From Octopus vulgaris (Eukaryota): DNA of 64,000 nt. Each line of letters opens with the position of its first letter. The first letter of the stretch is position 1. Below, piece by piece: positions 1 through 13,875 of this stretch. Location of the stretch: the NCBI GenBank assembly GCA_951406725.2, contig OX597836.1, positions 32,178,001 through 32,242,000 of the forward strand. Reading direction: 5' to 3'. Made by a program: the position numbers and the translations under genes. The notes below the pieces were generated by a model that had not been told where the DNA came from, did no database searches, and was given only the letters and a program-made list of their open reading frames with translations.

Positions 1-199
1 AGTGTGCCATATATTTGGGGGGAGTTTTTGGTGTTGTACTAATGAATGTCTAAAAAAAAATTTTTTTTTTTTTTAAACCGAAAATTATGTTTGTTTTAAA
101 CCTTGAGATTACATAGAAAGTATTTTGTGTAGGATATTATTATTATTATTATTAATATAATTATTATAATTATTATTATTATTATAGTTGTTGTTATTG

Positions 200-417
200 T
201 TTTACTTATCAGAGCACTTGATCTTGTTTTCTCAAGTAGATTCCGAGAGAGTGGACAGCCACCTGCTGCCAGAGGTCTCACAGGGTCTCATACTGTACAT
301 TATAAGCTTCGATAATTGGTTGCTAATTATCATGGGAGACATTCAACATCCAAGTACCAATCTCAAAGTCCTAGCTGTCCCCAGCAGAACAGTTTTTGTG
401 GATTGCTCTGTTCTTAT
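200..417 (-). mobile_element. 5'-truncated R4/Dong-clade non-LTR retrotransposon (C-terminus plus 3' UTR) inside a (TAA)n tract
   Basis: Minus strand translates IRTEQSTKTVLLGTARTLRLVLGC* (stop 343-345), resembling the R4/Dong C-terminal motif QKxxLLGTARILRxVL. AAT/AAC repeats flank both sides. Confidence 0.75.
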
Positions 418-477
418 TATCATGATTATTATTATTATTATTATCATTATTATTATTATTATTATTATTACTATTAA

Positions 478-586
<109 letters not shown>

Positions 587-610
587 GCTATTGTTGTTGT
601 TGTAGTTGTT

Positions 611-808
611 AAGGCAGCAAGCTGGCAGAACCATTAGCATGCTGGACAAATGCTTAGCAGTATTTAGACCATCACTATGTTTTGAGTTCAAATTCCACCA
701 AGGTCAACTTTGCCTTTTATCATTTGGGGGTCAATAAACTAAATACCAGTAATTGACTAGTCCTCTCCCCACCAAATTTGAGGCCTTGTGCGTCCAGTTG
801 AAAGGATT
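611..808 (+). mobile_element. tRNA-derived SINE family A, tail type 2
   Basis: Head aaggcagcaagctggcagaa, B-box-like gagttcaaattcc, core related to gcctttcatcctttcggggtcgataaa, tail ...aggccttgtg...aaaggattatt. Homologous to about 12 other copies in the window. Confidence 0.85.
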
Positions 809-830
809 ATTATTGTTATTATTATTATCA

Positions 831-894
<64 letters not shown>

Positions 895-895
<1 letters not shown>

Positions 896-983
896 TAGTG
901 AGAGAGCAGTGCAAGCCATCAAAGTGACACTTGGGTACAAATATAAAAAGCTCAAAATACCCATCATGACTACCCATCTGATA
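895..983 (-). mobile_element. 3' fragment of (TAA)-tailed retroposon family D
   Basis: agtgagagagcagtgcaagccatcaaagtgacact matches 46688-46780 and directly abuts (ATT)n. Confidence 0.75.
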
Positions 984-994
984 TTCTTCTTCTT

Positions 995-1329
<335 letters not shown>

Positions 1330-1357
1330 CATCATCATCATCATCATCATCATCATT

Positions 1358-1392
<35 letters not shown>

Positions 1393-1619
1393 TATCATCA
1401 CAACTGTGGAAAGCAAAAGCTGAATGAGTGTCAGACTAAATGTCTGAGATTATTTAACTTACACTCTTTTACATTCTGAATCCAAAATCCTTCCTTCCTA
1501 TAGAAGGAACCGATTGTTAATAAAAGAGAGTTCCAATCAAGTGCTACAGTTCCATTAAAACAAAGTTTCCCCCCTCCTCTCCTCTCCTGTAAAAATGTGT
1601 GACCTCGTACCTATTTAAA

Positions 1620-1672
<53 letters not shown>

Positions 1673-1795
1673 GAGGTGTGGTAGTAGTTCCTGTTACCTC
1701 TTGTTATTCAGTGATTGCATGTGATTAAATGTTTTACACCTTCATAAATAGATACCACACATATACTGTTCATATATATATATATATATATATAC

Positions 1796-1840
<45 letters not shown>

Positions 1841-1868
1841 ACTAGTAAAAAAAAATATATATATATAT

Positions 1869-1890
1869 ATACAACTAGTAAAAAATTACT

Positions 1891-1926
<36 letters not shown>

Positions 1927-1948
1927 AGTAATTTTTTACTAGTTGTAT
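1869..1948. repeat. Perfect 80-bp palindrome centred on (AT)n
   Basis: atacaactagtaaaaaattactgg (1869-1892) is the exact reverse complement of 1925-1948, with a pure AT repeat between. Confidence 0.95.
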
Positions 1949-2155
1949 TTTGTCCTTTTGTCTTCTCTCTTTGTGCTGTATGGGCATTTAATGTGGTTTT
2001 AGAGTCAGATCTTGGCTGCTATTTTCAGCATGGCGGTATCTCTTAGACACCCTAAATTATAATTTTGATAATAATTATTACCTTTGAAGGTTTTTATTTC
2101 CATGCTGGCCACTTGATAAGATCGGTATTTAATTTAAATTAGCGATCTTGTCCTC

Positions 2156-2261
<106 letters not shown>

Positions 2262-2693
2262 CACACACACATACACATATACTTCTGCTTGTAAGATATT
2301 ACATGATACTTCTTCATTGATAATTAAACTTGTGCTAATGTCAAGTCATTGTCTGAAATTCTAAAGATAGAATAATGTTACTCTAGTGTTCGATGTTAAA
2401 TATTAGTACTGTTTACTGTTGCTTGACACCAGGTCACAAGTTCTGTGTGATCGTACAGATCTATGATCAAAGGTGTTCCAACCATGGCCATCCATATTTG
2501 TTTTAAGATAATAGTGTATCCAGGCCACCCATGCCTCTCACCCACCTTCTTAAGGCAGTAGAATGTTATGTGAATGGAGATGTAGTTGCTATTTCTAGCA
2601 GATCAATTTGTCACCTAGTAGCCACCACCTCTTTCACATGTCTTCTGCTTAATTTCAAATTTAAATATTAGTTCTGCTATATATGTATGTGTG

Positions 2694-2724
<31 letters not shown>

Positions 2725-2752
2725 GTGTGTGTATACACATACATATATATTT

Positions 2753-2809
<57 letters not shown>

Positions 2810-3332
2810 TATATACACACATATATATATACACACATACATATATATATAGACACACACAGATACATATACACACACAAACACACATATATATGTACAT
2901 ACTCACACATACACACATATATATATATACACACATTATACTCAATTGTGTACATGAATATACACATGCATGTGTGTGTATGTGTGTGTGTGTGTCTGTG
3001 TGTCTGTGTGTCTGTGTGTGTAATATACACACATATACATATACCTGTATATAAACACAATAACTAAGATATTAAGATAAAACAAAAATAAAGAGGTTTC
3101 TAAATACAGCAGTGCTAGAACAAAGCAAACTGTTTTGATATCAACCCACCTGAGTCCACCTCTAGTTCTATGATACAAAATTGCCTGTTTTAAAATGTTG
3201 ATATTTAAATTACCCTGTTAGTCATGATTTCATGTAAGAACTTTTCCCAATATCCTGTTTCTTGTACCGGTTCAATAATAATATAAAGTTTTGTTATCTT
3301 ACTAAATTCTTCCAAATTCTTGGTAATTATCA

Positions 3333-3911
3333 ATATTAATTCAAACACAAAGATACTGTATTCCATATATAGCTCTGAAAGTGTGCAAAATTGCTTCATC
3401 TTATATCGATAAGGTATGTTATATGCCTTATTATATGATATATATTGATATATTAGGTATGTTACACCTTAAGCTAAAAAGGTATATTTTTCAGGTATGC
3501 TATGTGTGTGGAGTTCTGACAATCTTTGGATGTTCATTATTTAAAGCTTTATCAAGAACTCGTATCCAATTAACAATGATTATGAATACCAACTAATTTA
3601 TAATAAGCTGGGAGCATAGATTTTTCTGAGAGAATCTAAGAAAATAATCTTGGAATGGAACATTAAGATATATGAATTAGTAGAGGTGCCGCTGTGATTG
3701 TTTACATTCAGGTTTATTCCTTTAATATTTTTTTTAAATTAAAAGTTAAAATTTTGCTTTTAAAGCAACTTTAATTTGTTAGCTATTTAAACAAATGAAA
3801 TTCATGTTAATTGTTAACATTAATTGAAACACAAAGATACTGTATTCCAAAGAAATATAGCTCTGAAAGTGTACAAAAATGCTTTACCTTATATTGATAA
3901 GGCATGCTATA
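3333..3911 (+). repeat. Diverged ~90-bp direct repeat pair (3333-3423 and 3817-3911)
   Basis: Both contain aaacacaaagatactgtattcca...atatagctctgaaagtgt...gataagg. Confidence 0.85.
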
Positions 3912-5233
3912 AATTAATAACTAAATGAAAATATAATACTTTTGCAACTAACAAAACCAATTCTAAGTAGATTTACATAGCAAATAACACCAAACTACAC
4001 AAGTGGTGTCTGCAGACGATGACAGAGTGAGTACATGCTTGGAAATATCACTGATAGTTGGGTGTCAAAATAATATTATAAACGTTCTGCTGTTCACACC
4101 AATAAATCTCAAAATACATTGCTGCCGGGTGCTAAGTGGCAGTCGAGTAAGTCTGCTTACAAATTTTGGTTGAAGCAACACCTGAAGAAAAATAGATTTG
4201 GCAAGGTACGAATCATGAACTGATTGATTGAAATGATTTTATCAATGACTTATCGATGCAATTTAGTATTCGGTCAATTCTTTGACACGCACAAATTGAA
4301 GAATAAAGTGAAACAACAGGTTAATATTTTGGCAATAAAGTAAACAACATTCATTGCAGATATATATGTGTGAATATAAATGCATGTGTGTGCATATATA
4401 TGTGTGTATGTTTATACATATATATATATATATATATGTATGTATGCATGCATATATGTATGTTTAAAGACAGATCGATAAATGTGTATATATGTGTGTT
4501 TATGTATATTTATACATGCATGATTATATGTATATATATATGTGTGTGTGTGTTTGGTGTGTTCATATATATATATACATGCTTATATATATATATATAT
4601 ATATATTCCAATGAGGGACATAAACAACAGCAGCACCAACAACAACTGAAATCGCAGAAATGGTAGGGATTTAAATACAGGACCGAAATGTATGTAGCGC
4701 TTGCTAAATGGTGCAAGAAATGTATGGAATACGATCTCCTTAAAATTAAATTATCCAGAGTAATCGCAGAAAACGTTAAGAAAATGTCTAGCCGAAGGTA
4801 TTCCTATCTTTGCCTTTTTGTTTTCATTTTTTTTTTCGTACATCAATTCTGAAACCATTTAGTGATATTTCATGTAAATGGTGAGGAAAAACAAAAATTA
4901 TGTATGCAATATATATGTATATATGTATATATATATAATGTGCACCTTTTCTCTCTATTCCCCCAAATACCACGAAACATCACCGAATTTAAGAAATAAA
5001 AATGTACCTGGTAGAATTTTTTGGAAGGGTTGTGCGCGCTTGAATAAGAAAAATCAATAAGACTTTGAAGCAGACTTAAACTGATGCTGTTGCATAGGAT
5101 ATTCATTGAGAGGTATTGGAACAGAATCACTCTCTCCCTCTCCCTGTCACTCTCTCCCCTTTCCCTCTTTCTCTCTCCACCCTCCCTCTCTGTCTCATTC
5201 TCTCTCTCTCTCTCTTTGCTTGTATTGTTTCAG

Positions 5234-5488
5234 CTGCTACTACAGCATTATCTGTTGCTGCTGTCGCTTCCACAGATGCTGCTGCAACTATTTGCTCACT
5301 GTTAGGCGAATGGATGACTGCAACTAGATGAGCTTTTACAAGTGACTCGATAATATTTACATAAATTATGCAAAACTCTCTCGGCACTGCCTGTTAATTA
5401 TTAATATAGCTGCTGTGTGCAAAACTTCAGTCTACTGGGTTTCTACTCTTCTGCTCCTCGTTTAACTGATGACCAATCTTAACGGATA
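5234..5488 (+). other. OTOF: Probable 5' UTR part of the otoferlin first coding exon
   Basis: A long CT tract then ttgtattgtttcag|ctg gives an acceptor at 5233. All three frames are closed, and an in-frame TAA at 5480-5482 lies just before the ATG. Confidence 0.55.
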
Positions 5489-5567
5489 ATGGCTCTTATA
5501 CTGCATCTCAAAAGTGTTGACAATCTTAGATCAACCTGTAACCGTAAAGCTAAAGTTACTTTCAGAG
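5489..5567 (+). CDS. OTOF: Otoferlin-like (ferlin family) first coding exon, start of the C2A domain
   Basis: ATG in strong context (ataATGG). Translates MALILHLKSVDNLRSTCNRKAKVTFR+G, versus human otoferlin [27 protein letters not shown] (from memory). 79 coding nt end at donor AG|GTAAGA in phase 1, as recalled for human OTOF exon 1. Confidence 0.87.
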
Positions 5568-5663
5568 GTAAGAAAACAAAAAAAAAAAAATGAATTACCA
5601 ACCCCCTTTTTTTTTCTTTGTTTACTCTTTGTTTGTTGAATTAAAAACAAAATTTTATGTATG

Positions 5664-5695
<32 letters not shown>

Positions 5696-5712
5696 CATAC
5701 ATACATTCATAC

Positions 5713-5756
<44 letters not shown>

Positions 5757-6142
5757 CACAATGATGAAGATTTGTTCAAAGTGGTGTTAAAGCAATACAA
5801 ATTCAAAACATTTGCATTTCTGGAAAAGAAACTCACCTGTAATTTTGAACCAAACTGCTGCACATTTTGACAAGAGAGAAAGCGATGTACAAACTTGTAA
5901 ATGTTACCCAAACTTTATCATTGTTTAAATAACTTGTTTATCAAACTAAAAGACAATTTTTAAAATTCATTTGTAAAACCTTTGAAGCAAATTTCCTAAC
6001 TTACATATTTTTTTTAGTAACTTATAGAGTTTATTGAGTTTGTTTGTTGTTTGTTTTCTAGTTTCATTTTCAACAAAATCAAAAGAAACATTTTCTTTTT
6101 ATAATGTTTTGGTTTTGTTTTTCCAAGTATACTTTTTTTTTA

Positions 6143-6339
6143 CTCTTTTTACTTGTTTCAGTCATTTGACTGTGGCCATGCTGGAGCACCGCCTTTAGTC
6201 GACCCCAGGACTTATATTTTGTAAGCCTAGTACTTATTCTATCGGTCTCTTTTGCCGAACCGCTAAGTTACAGGGACGTAAACACACCAGTATCGGTTGT
6301 CAAGCGACAAACACAGACACACAAACATATACACACACA

Positions 6340-6384
<45 letters not shown>

Positions 6385-6551
6385 TACGACAGGCTTCTTT
6401 CAGTTTCCGTCTACTAAATCCACTCACAAGGCTTTGGTCGACCTGAAGCTATAGCAGAAGACACTTGCCCAAGGTGCCATGCAGTAGGACTGAACCTGGA
6501 ACCATGTGGTGGGTAAACAAGTTACTTACCACATCGCCACTCCTACGCCTA
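6143..6551 (-). mobile_element. tRNA-derived CORE-like SINE family B
   Basis: Reverse complement of 34535-34950, with internal (TA)/(CA) microsatellite and (AAAGAGT) tail. Confidence 0.9.
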
Positions 6552-7464
6552 TGTGGGTTTTTTTTTTTGCTTATTTAAGTTCCTTTTTTAATTTTTGAAA
6601 GAAGAAATTGTTTACATTTTAGGAATAAGGGACTTATGCTTTAAAATTCTTTAATACTTACAATCTTAAAAGAATTACATTTGTTTTATAACTTTGAAAA
6701 GAGAAACAAATAACAAAAACAATGTTTTGTTCAAATTAGTTGTTACTGACTCATGGTCCAGGGTCTGCCAGATATGACAATCCTATATTTTTGTACATCT
6801 AGAACTGCCTTGTTCAATGTTTCCATCCTTTTAAAAACACTAAGGTCTGATTTAAGAAAAGAAGTAACTGCAATTTCTAGCTGGTCAAGGGATTACATAC
6901 AACTTCATTTTCCTTCTTTCTTTCCTCTTTTGATTTTTGCTTAAATTAGTTAAAAACAAGTATTTAATTAAGTTGTCTAAACTAATTAATTTGTATAAAT
7001 GGTCACCAGGTGTCTCCAATGCTGGGTTAGTAATGTGAATGGACAGTGAAAGTTAATTATAGACAGGGTGGAAGACTTGGTGTTTGGAACTACTCACTTA
7101 GTGGTAAACGACATATAAGTCTTAGGAATCAGTAATTAGGTGAGCTTTGACAGTGTAAACAGGGTGAGGCCCTGTGGGAAGATTCAAGGAATGCGCTGTA
7201 TTACTGACATACAGAATACAGATTACCCTAATCAAAAACTTTCATCAAAACAAAGGAAATGTTTATAAATTCTGAACTAGAATTTCAAACAAGTACTGGA
7301 CTTGCGTCAATTTTATTATTTTTTTTCTTTTTATATATTTAGGGACAAATGAGTTAACTCAACCCTTTCATCCTTTCATGGTTGATGAAATAAGTACAAG
7401 TTGAGTTCTGGGGTCAATGTAATCAATTTGTTCCCTCCCAGGGAATTTCAGACCTTGTGCCTCT

Positions 7465-7830
7465 ATCTTTTTGTCTTTTACTTGTTTCAGTCATTAGACT
7501 GTGGCCATGCTGGTGCACAACCATGAAGAATTTTTTGTTGAATGAATCAACCCTGGCACTTATGTTTTTTTTTTTAAAGTCTGGTACTTATTCTATCAGT
7601 CTCTTTTGTTGAACCACTAGTTTATGGGAATGTAAACAAACCAGCACCAGTTGTCAAGCAGTGGCAAGGGGACAAAAAGAGACACAAACACACACATATG
7701 ATGGGCTTCTTTCAGTTTTTGGTCTGCCAGAGGTTCTAGAAGAAGACACCTACCTAAGGTGCCATGTAGTGGGACTGAACCCAGAACTATGTGCTTGGAA
7801 AGCAAGCTGTTTATCACTCATCCACGTGCC
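7465..7830 (-). mobile_element. SINE family B, diverged
   Basis: Homologous to 6143-6551. Confidence 0.8.
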
Positions 7831-7971
7831 TGTGCCTTTTGTAGTAAGAATTACTAAATGCAAAGGAATGAAGTGTGGAAAGTTGATCCAAACATGATTT
7901 TAACTTAGATATATGAAGCAGAAAATTATACACTAGGGAAGAAAACAGTTTATTTTGAGTCATGTTGTTGT

Positions 7972-8298
7972 TGGTGAAGGTATGTGGCTTAGTGGTTAGG
8001 GTATGCGGCTCATGGCCGTAAGGTTGTGAGTTCAATTCCTGGTTGCATGCTGTGTCTTTGAGCAAGACATTTTATTTCACAATGCTCCATTACACTCTGC
8101 TGATAAAAATAAGTCGTACTTGTATTTCAAAGGGCCAACCTTGTCACCTTCTGTGTCATGCAGTATCTCCCTGAGAACTACATTAGGGGTGTGCATGTCT
8201 GTGGATTGCTTAGCCACTTGCATTTTAAGTTCACAAGCAGAGTGTTTCATTGATTAAATCAACTGGGACCCTTGTCACCGTAACTGACGAAGTGCCAG
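7972..8298 (+). mobile_element. tRNA-derived CORE-type SINE
   Basis: A-box tggcttagtgg, B-box gagttcaattcc, CORE-like tgtgtctttgagcaagacattt. The 3' part is shared with 18175-18299 and 23415-23600 (-). Confidence 0.8.
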
Positions 8299-9549
8299 TC
8301 TTAGAATGTTGTTGTCGCTTAAGGTCAGCACTGTTCGAATAGCTCTGTGATCTGACCTTCCAACCAAGCCCATCCTGTTCTTTATTTAAAGAATGAAGGC
8401 TGTGACTTGAGGAAGGTTTTAATGCTATTCCTCTGAGATCAAGTGACTACATAGAAGTTCTCTCATAGGCTCATGAGAAACCAGTGAGTATTACTGGTAC
8501 TTGATATCACTGATACCAAAGAGATATAGGAAAGAGAAACTCATGGTTTGAACTCAGTTACGCAAGGCACCTAACTAGATGCATTATTGCATCCTATCCA
8601 TTACATCCATACCAACACTGTGACTCCTATTATGGCCCCCACCATGGCTACCACTACTGTCATTGGTCTTTGTGTTAAGTATAAAATGCTTATAGCATTA
8701 GGGTAAGGGTACACATCAACAAACAAAATCAAATCAGGCATAATAAACAAGAGAATCTCTATGCAAACTTACTAGAAATAATAGTCAAGTCTCCCTCAAT
8801 TCATGCTTTTCCAGCTATCATCAAAAGGAAGAAAGAGGTTAGATTGGAATAATGTACTCTTAGTTTGATTTACTGTGTCTGTTCAAAAAGATTAGCTGGT
8901 CACAAGTGGGGCATCCTTGATCCAAAGATATGATGGGTCAGTGCTGAACCAGAATAAAACAGTACTCACAACAGCATGATCCTTGAACCAGTGAGGAAGC
9001 CTAAATATGGTCACTTGACCTGCTAAATATAGCAGTTAAATTATATTTAAATCACATTGCATCATCTTAAAGAAAATAAGATATCGAAGAGTATCTTAGA
9101 TGCATTGTATCTGAAGATAAAAAAATTAATAAATAAGCCAATATAAAGGGGTGGTCATGTGGACCAACAAAGGATCCTCTATGTGGTCACTCGATAAGCT
9201 AGTAATAACAGCCAAATCTTTTCCTAGCCACCTCTCTATCGTCTGTAAAAGACACATTGTAAAATCTAGTTTGGGGTACACTTGGTGACAAAAAAAAACA
9301 GAAGAAAAAGGTGGTCACCACCACCACCACCAACAACAACAACAATAACAACATGTTCTCATTTACTTGACTGTTATGTAAAAGTATAACACAAAGGAAA
9401 ATAAGGGAATTCATTGTTTAACCCAAGGTCAGTATGACTAAGTAGGGCCCTTTGATCAAAGGTCTGCCTATTCCTGCCATGCCCATCCTGTCTTTTCTTT
9501 CAGGGACACAGTCATATAACACGGTATTTCACTTTATAAGAGTGTAGAG

Positions 9550-9810
9550 CAGTGGTTGTCAACCAGGGTACATATGGTCCTTAGGGAACCATATAGCCCT
9601 TTGGGAGTCATATAAGAATTTTGTTGTTAAAATAAATTGGTTATACTTGTATAATACACAAAATATTTTGATAATTATTTTTTATGCAATTTCTAATAAA
9701 ATTTGATTATCAAAAATATAATTGGATTCTTTTAAACATAGAATGGTTATGAGGGTCCAAATGAGCAAAATAGGAAATGAAAGGGTCCATAGGGGGAAAA
9801 AAAGGGTGAA
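9550..9810 (+). mobile_element. hAT-like MITE with decayed right TIR
   Basis: Starts cagtggttgtcaaccaggg, resembling the hAT-Charlie-type TIR CAGTGGTTCTCAAC. Ends aaaaaagggtgaaa, a damaged reverse complement. Confidence 0.6.
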
Positions 9811-11040
9811 ATTTAGCTGCTATTTCTAGCAGATCAGGTGACCAAGTAGAGGAGTGATTCTCAACCAGGGTCCGCATGGCCCTTAAGGATCCATATAAGA
9901 TCTTTGCTAATATTCATCTCCAATAAAGTGGTTATACCTCTACAAGGCACAAAATATTTTAACAGTCTGAAATGATGAAATTTTAGCTAATATTTCTAGC
10001 AGATCAGGTGACCAAGTAGAGCAGTGATTCTCAACCAGGGTCCACATGGCCCTTAAGAATCCATATAAGATCTTTTTGTTAAAATTCATGTCCCATAAAG
10101 TGGTTATACCTCTACAAGCCAAAGTATTTTAAGTCTGAAATGATGACATTTTAGCTAATATTTCTTGCAGATCAGGTGACCAAGTAGAGCAGTGATTCTC
10201 AACCAGGGTCCACATGGCCCTTAAGGAATCCATATAAGATCTTTGCTAAAATTCATCTCCAATAAAGTTGTTATACCTTCTACAAGGCACAAAATATTTT
10301 AACAAGTCTGAAATGATGAAATTTTAGCTGCTATTTCTTGTAGATCAGGTGACGAAGTAGAGCAGTGATTCTCAACCAGGGTCCACATGGCCCTTAAGGA
10401 TCCATATAAGATCTTTTTGTTAAAATTCATGTCCAATAAAGTGGTTATATCTCTACAAGGCACAAGATATTTTAACAGTCTGAAATGATGAGATTTAGCT
10501 GCTATTTCTAGCAGATCATGTGAACAAGTAGAGCAGTGATTCTCAACCAGGGTCCGCATGGCCCTTAAGGATCCATATAAGATCTTTGTTAAAATTCATG
10601 TCCAATAAAGTGGTTATATCTCTACAAGGCACAAGATATTTTAACAGTCTGAAATGATGAGATTTAGCTGCTATTTCTAGCAGATCATGTGAACAAGTAG
10701 AGCAGTGATTCTCAACCAGGGTCCGCATGGCCCTTAAGGATCCATATAAGATCTTTGTTAAAATTCATATCCAATAAAGTGGTTATACCTCTACAAGGTA
10801 CAAGATATTTTAACAGTCTGAAATTATGAGATTTAGCTGCTATTTCTTGTAGATCAGGTGATCAAGTAGAGCAGTGATCCTTAACTGGGATCCATATGAC
10901 TCTTAGGGATCCATATAAGATTTTTTTGTTACAATTTATATCCAATAAAGTGGTTATATTTCTACAAGACAAAATATTTTAAGTGTGAGAAGGATGACAT
11001 TTTAGCTGCTATTTCTAGTAGATCAGGTGACCAAGTAGAG
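9811..11040 (+). repeat. Tandem array of ~170-bp units, about 7 copies
   Basis: gtagag recurs at 9846, 10016, 10184, 10357, 10528, 10697, 10866 and 11035 (spacing 168-173). Confidence 0.95.
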
Positions 11041-11134
11041 CCTAACAAGTTGTTGTTATTGTTGTTTAGCCTTTATGTCAATCTGGCTGAGTAAACCTAA
11101 GATCATAGGTGTTCCAGCCTTGAACAATGTTTTA

Positions 11135-12107
11135 TCTTTTACTTGTTTCAGTCATTAGACTATGGCCATGCTGGGGCACTGCCTTGACAGATTTAGTTGA
11201 ACAAATGGACCCCTGTTCTTAGTTTTAAGCCTGTTATTTACTACATCGGTCTCTTCTGTTCAACTACTAAGTTATGGGGCCGTAAACAAACCAACATCAG
11301 TTATCAAGCAGTGGTGGAGAACAAACTCAATGATACATACACACATATACATATGTACATACTTACATGTATACATACAAACATGCATAAAATATATACA
11401 CATACACACGTACATACATGTATATATGTAAACATACCTACATACATACATACATTACATTACATACATACGTACATAAATCATACATACATGCCTACAT
11501 ACATACATGTATATATATATAAACATACATACACACATACATACATTACATTACATACATACATACATACATACATGCATACATACATACATACATACAT
11601 ACATCATACATACATAAATCATACATACATACATACATACCTACCTACATACATACATATATACATTACATACATACCTACATACTTACATACATTACAT
11701 TACATACATATATACATTATATTACATACATACCTACATACATACATTACATTTCATACATACATACATACATACATTATATTACATACATACCTACATA
11801 CATACATTACATTTCATACATACATACATACATACATACATACCTACATACATACATACATGTATATATGTAAACATACCTACATACATACATGTATATA
11901 TGTAAACATACCTACATACATACATTACATTACATACATACGTACATAAATCATACATACATGCCTACATACATACATGTATATATATATAAACATACAT
12001 ACACACATACATACATTACATTACATACATACATACATACATGCATACATACATACATACATACATCATACATACATAAATCATACATACATACATACCT
12101 ACCTACC

Positions 12108-12141
<34 letters not shown>

Positions 12142-12410
12142 CATTACATACATACCTACATACTTACATACATTACATTACATACATACATACATACATA
12201 CATTATATTACATACATACCTACATACATACATTACATTTCATACATACATACATACATACATACATACATTTAAAGGACTACTTTCAGTTTCCACCAAC
12301 TACCAAATCCACTCACAAGGCATTGGTCAGTCTGCAGCAACCGTAGAAGACACTTTACCCAAGGTATCATGCAGTGAGACTGAACATGTACCCTTGTGGT
12401 TGAGAACCAC
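11135..12410 (-). mobile_element. SINE family B with internal (TACA)n expanded to ~950 bp
   Basis: The 3' part at 11135-11330 and the head part at 12280-12410 match family B; TACA-based repeat lies between. Confidence 0.85.
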
Positions 12411-12897
12411 CTTTTGTTTTTTATTAATTTTTTTCCTTGACACAGTCTATCTAGAACTGCATTATCTAATGAACCCTTTTGGAAAAAAAAAGAAAGAAAA
12501 ATCTAGTGTTTTGCATATAATTTGAGGAAGATTTGCCTTCCATTTCTAGCTGATCAAGCTACCAAGTTGACGCCACCAAGGAGTTACAATTGTTGACTTC
12601 TCAGATCAATTAAGACCAAAAACACTCTTACACAATCCAAAATATCCCTTTTTTTTCATGAAAAAAAAAAGCTTGTAATGTATGACCAGGGGAACACTTG
12701 TCTCCTACTTTTAGCTGGTCAACCTATTAAATATAGGCTTTCTAACTGGCTCAGAATGGGGTATTACTATATATGTCATATTGTACACCATTACTATTTC
12801 ATCAATAGAGCAGAGTCCCACTCTGCTAATTATTTCTTACACTGTTATTGTTTTCATGATAGTAACAACCCTACTTTCAGCCTTTGGAAATGTCATC

Positions 12898-13066
12898 CTC
12901 TCTTTCTCTTTCTCTCTCTCTTTCTCTTTCTCTCTCTCTTTCTCTCTTTCTCTCTATCATTTTTCTCTCTTCCTTTCTTCCATCTCTATCAATTCTTTGT
13001 TGCTCTTTCCATCTTTCCTCCCTTATATTGTTCTTCTCTCTCTCTCTCTCTCTCTCTCTCTTTCAC

Positions 13067-13110
<44 letters not shown>

Positions 13111-13136
13111 TCTCTCTGTTAGCTCTTTCTTATTGA

Positions 13137-13209
<73 letters not shown>

Positions 13210-13239
13210 GATACCTGTCTGTCTATTTATCTATCTATC

Positions 13240-13319
<80 letters not shown>

Positions 13320-13488
13320 CTTACATATCTACCCATCCATTCATCCATCCACCTACCTACTTAACTACCTACCTATGTACCTTTCTACCTGCCTACTTAC
13401 CTAGCTTCCTACCTACCTAACTACCTACTTACCTACCTACCTACATACATACATACATACATACATATCCATTCATCTACCTGTCCTG

Positions 13489-13568
<80 letters not shown>

Positions 13569-13838
13569 TTATCTACCTATCTATCTATACACACAGATAT
13601 ATATATAGAGATAGATACATACATAGCTAGATAGATAATTATGCACACACACATATACATATAAATATACACATACATTAAATAAAACTGAATAACTTAC
13701 ATATACATACACACACATACATACATATATACATACATATATAAATACATATACCTACTTACATGTGTCTGTGTGTGTTTGTGTGTGTTTGTGTGTGTGC
13801 GTGTATGTGTGTGTGTGTATGTGTGTGTGTGTGTGTGT

Positions 13839-13873
<35 letters not shown>

Positions 13874-13875
13874 TG
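12898..13875. repeat. Compound microsatellite (CT)n/(TATC)n/(TACC)n/(GT)n
   Basis: Seen directly. Confidence 0.9.

Noticed and set aside
9811-11040. Regularly spaced repeats as a possible CRISPR array
   Set aside because: Whole units are repeated, with no unique spacers, no cas genes and a eukaryotic context.
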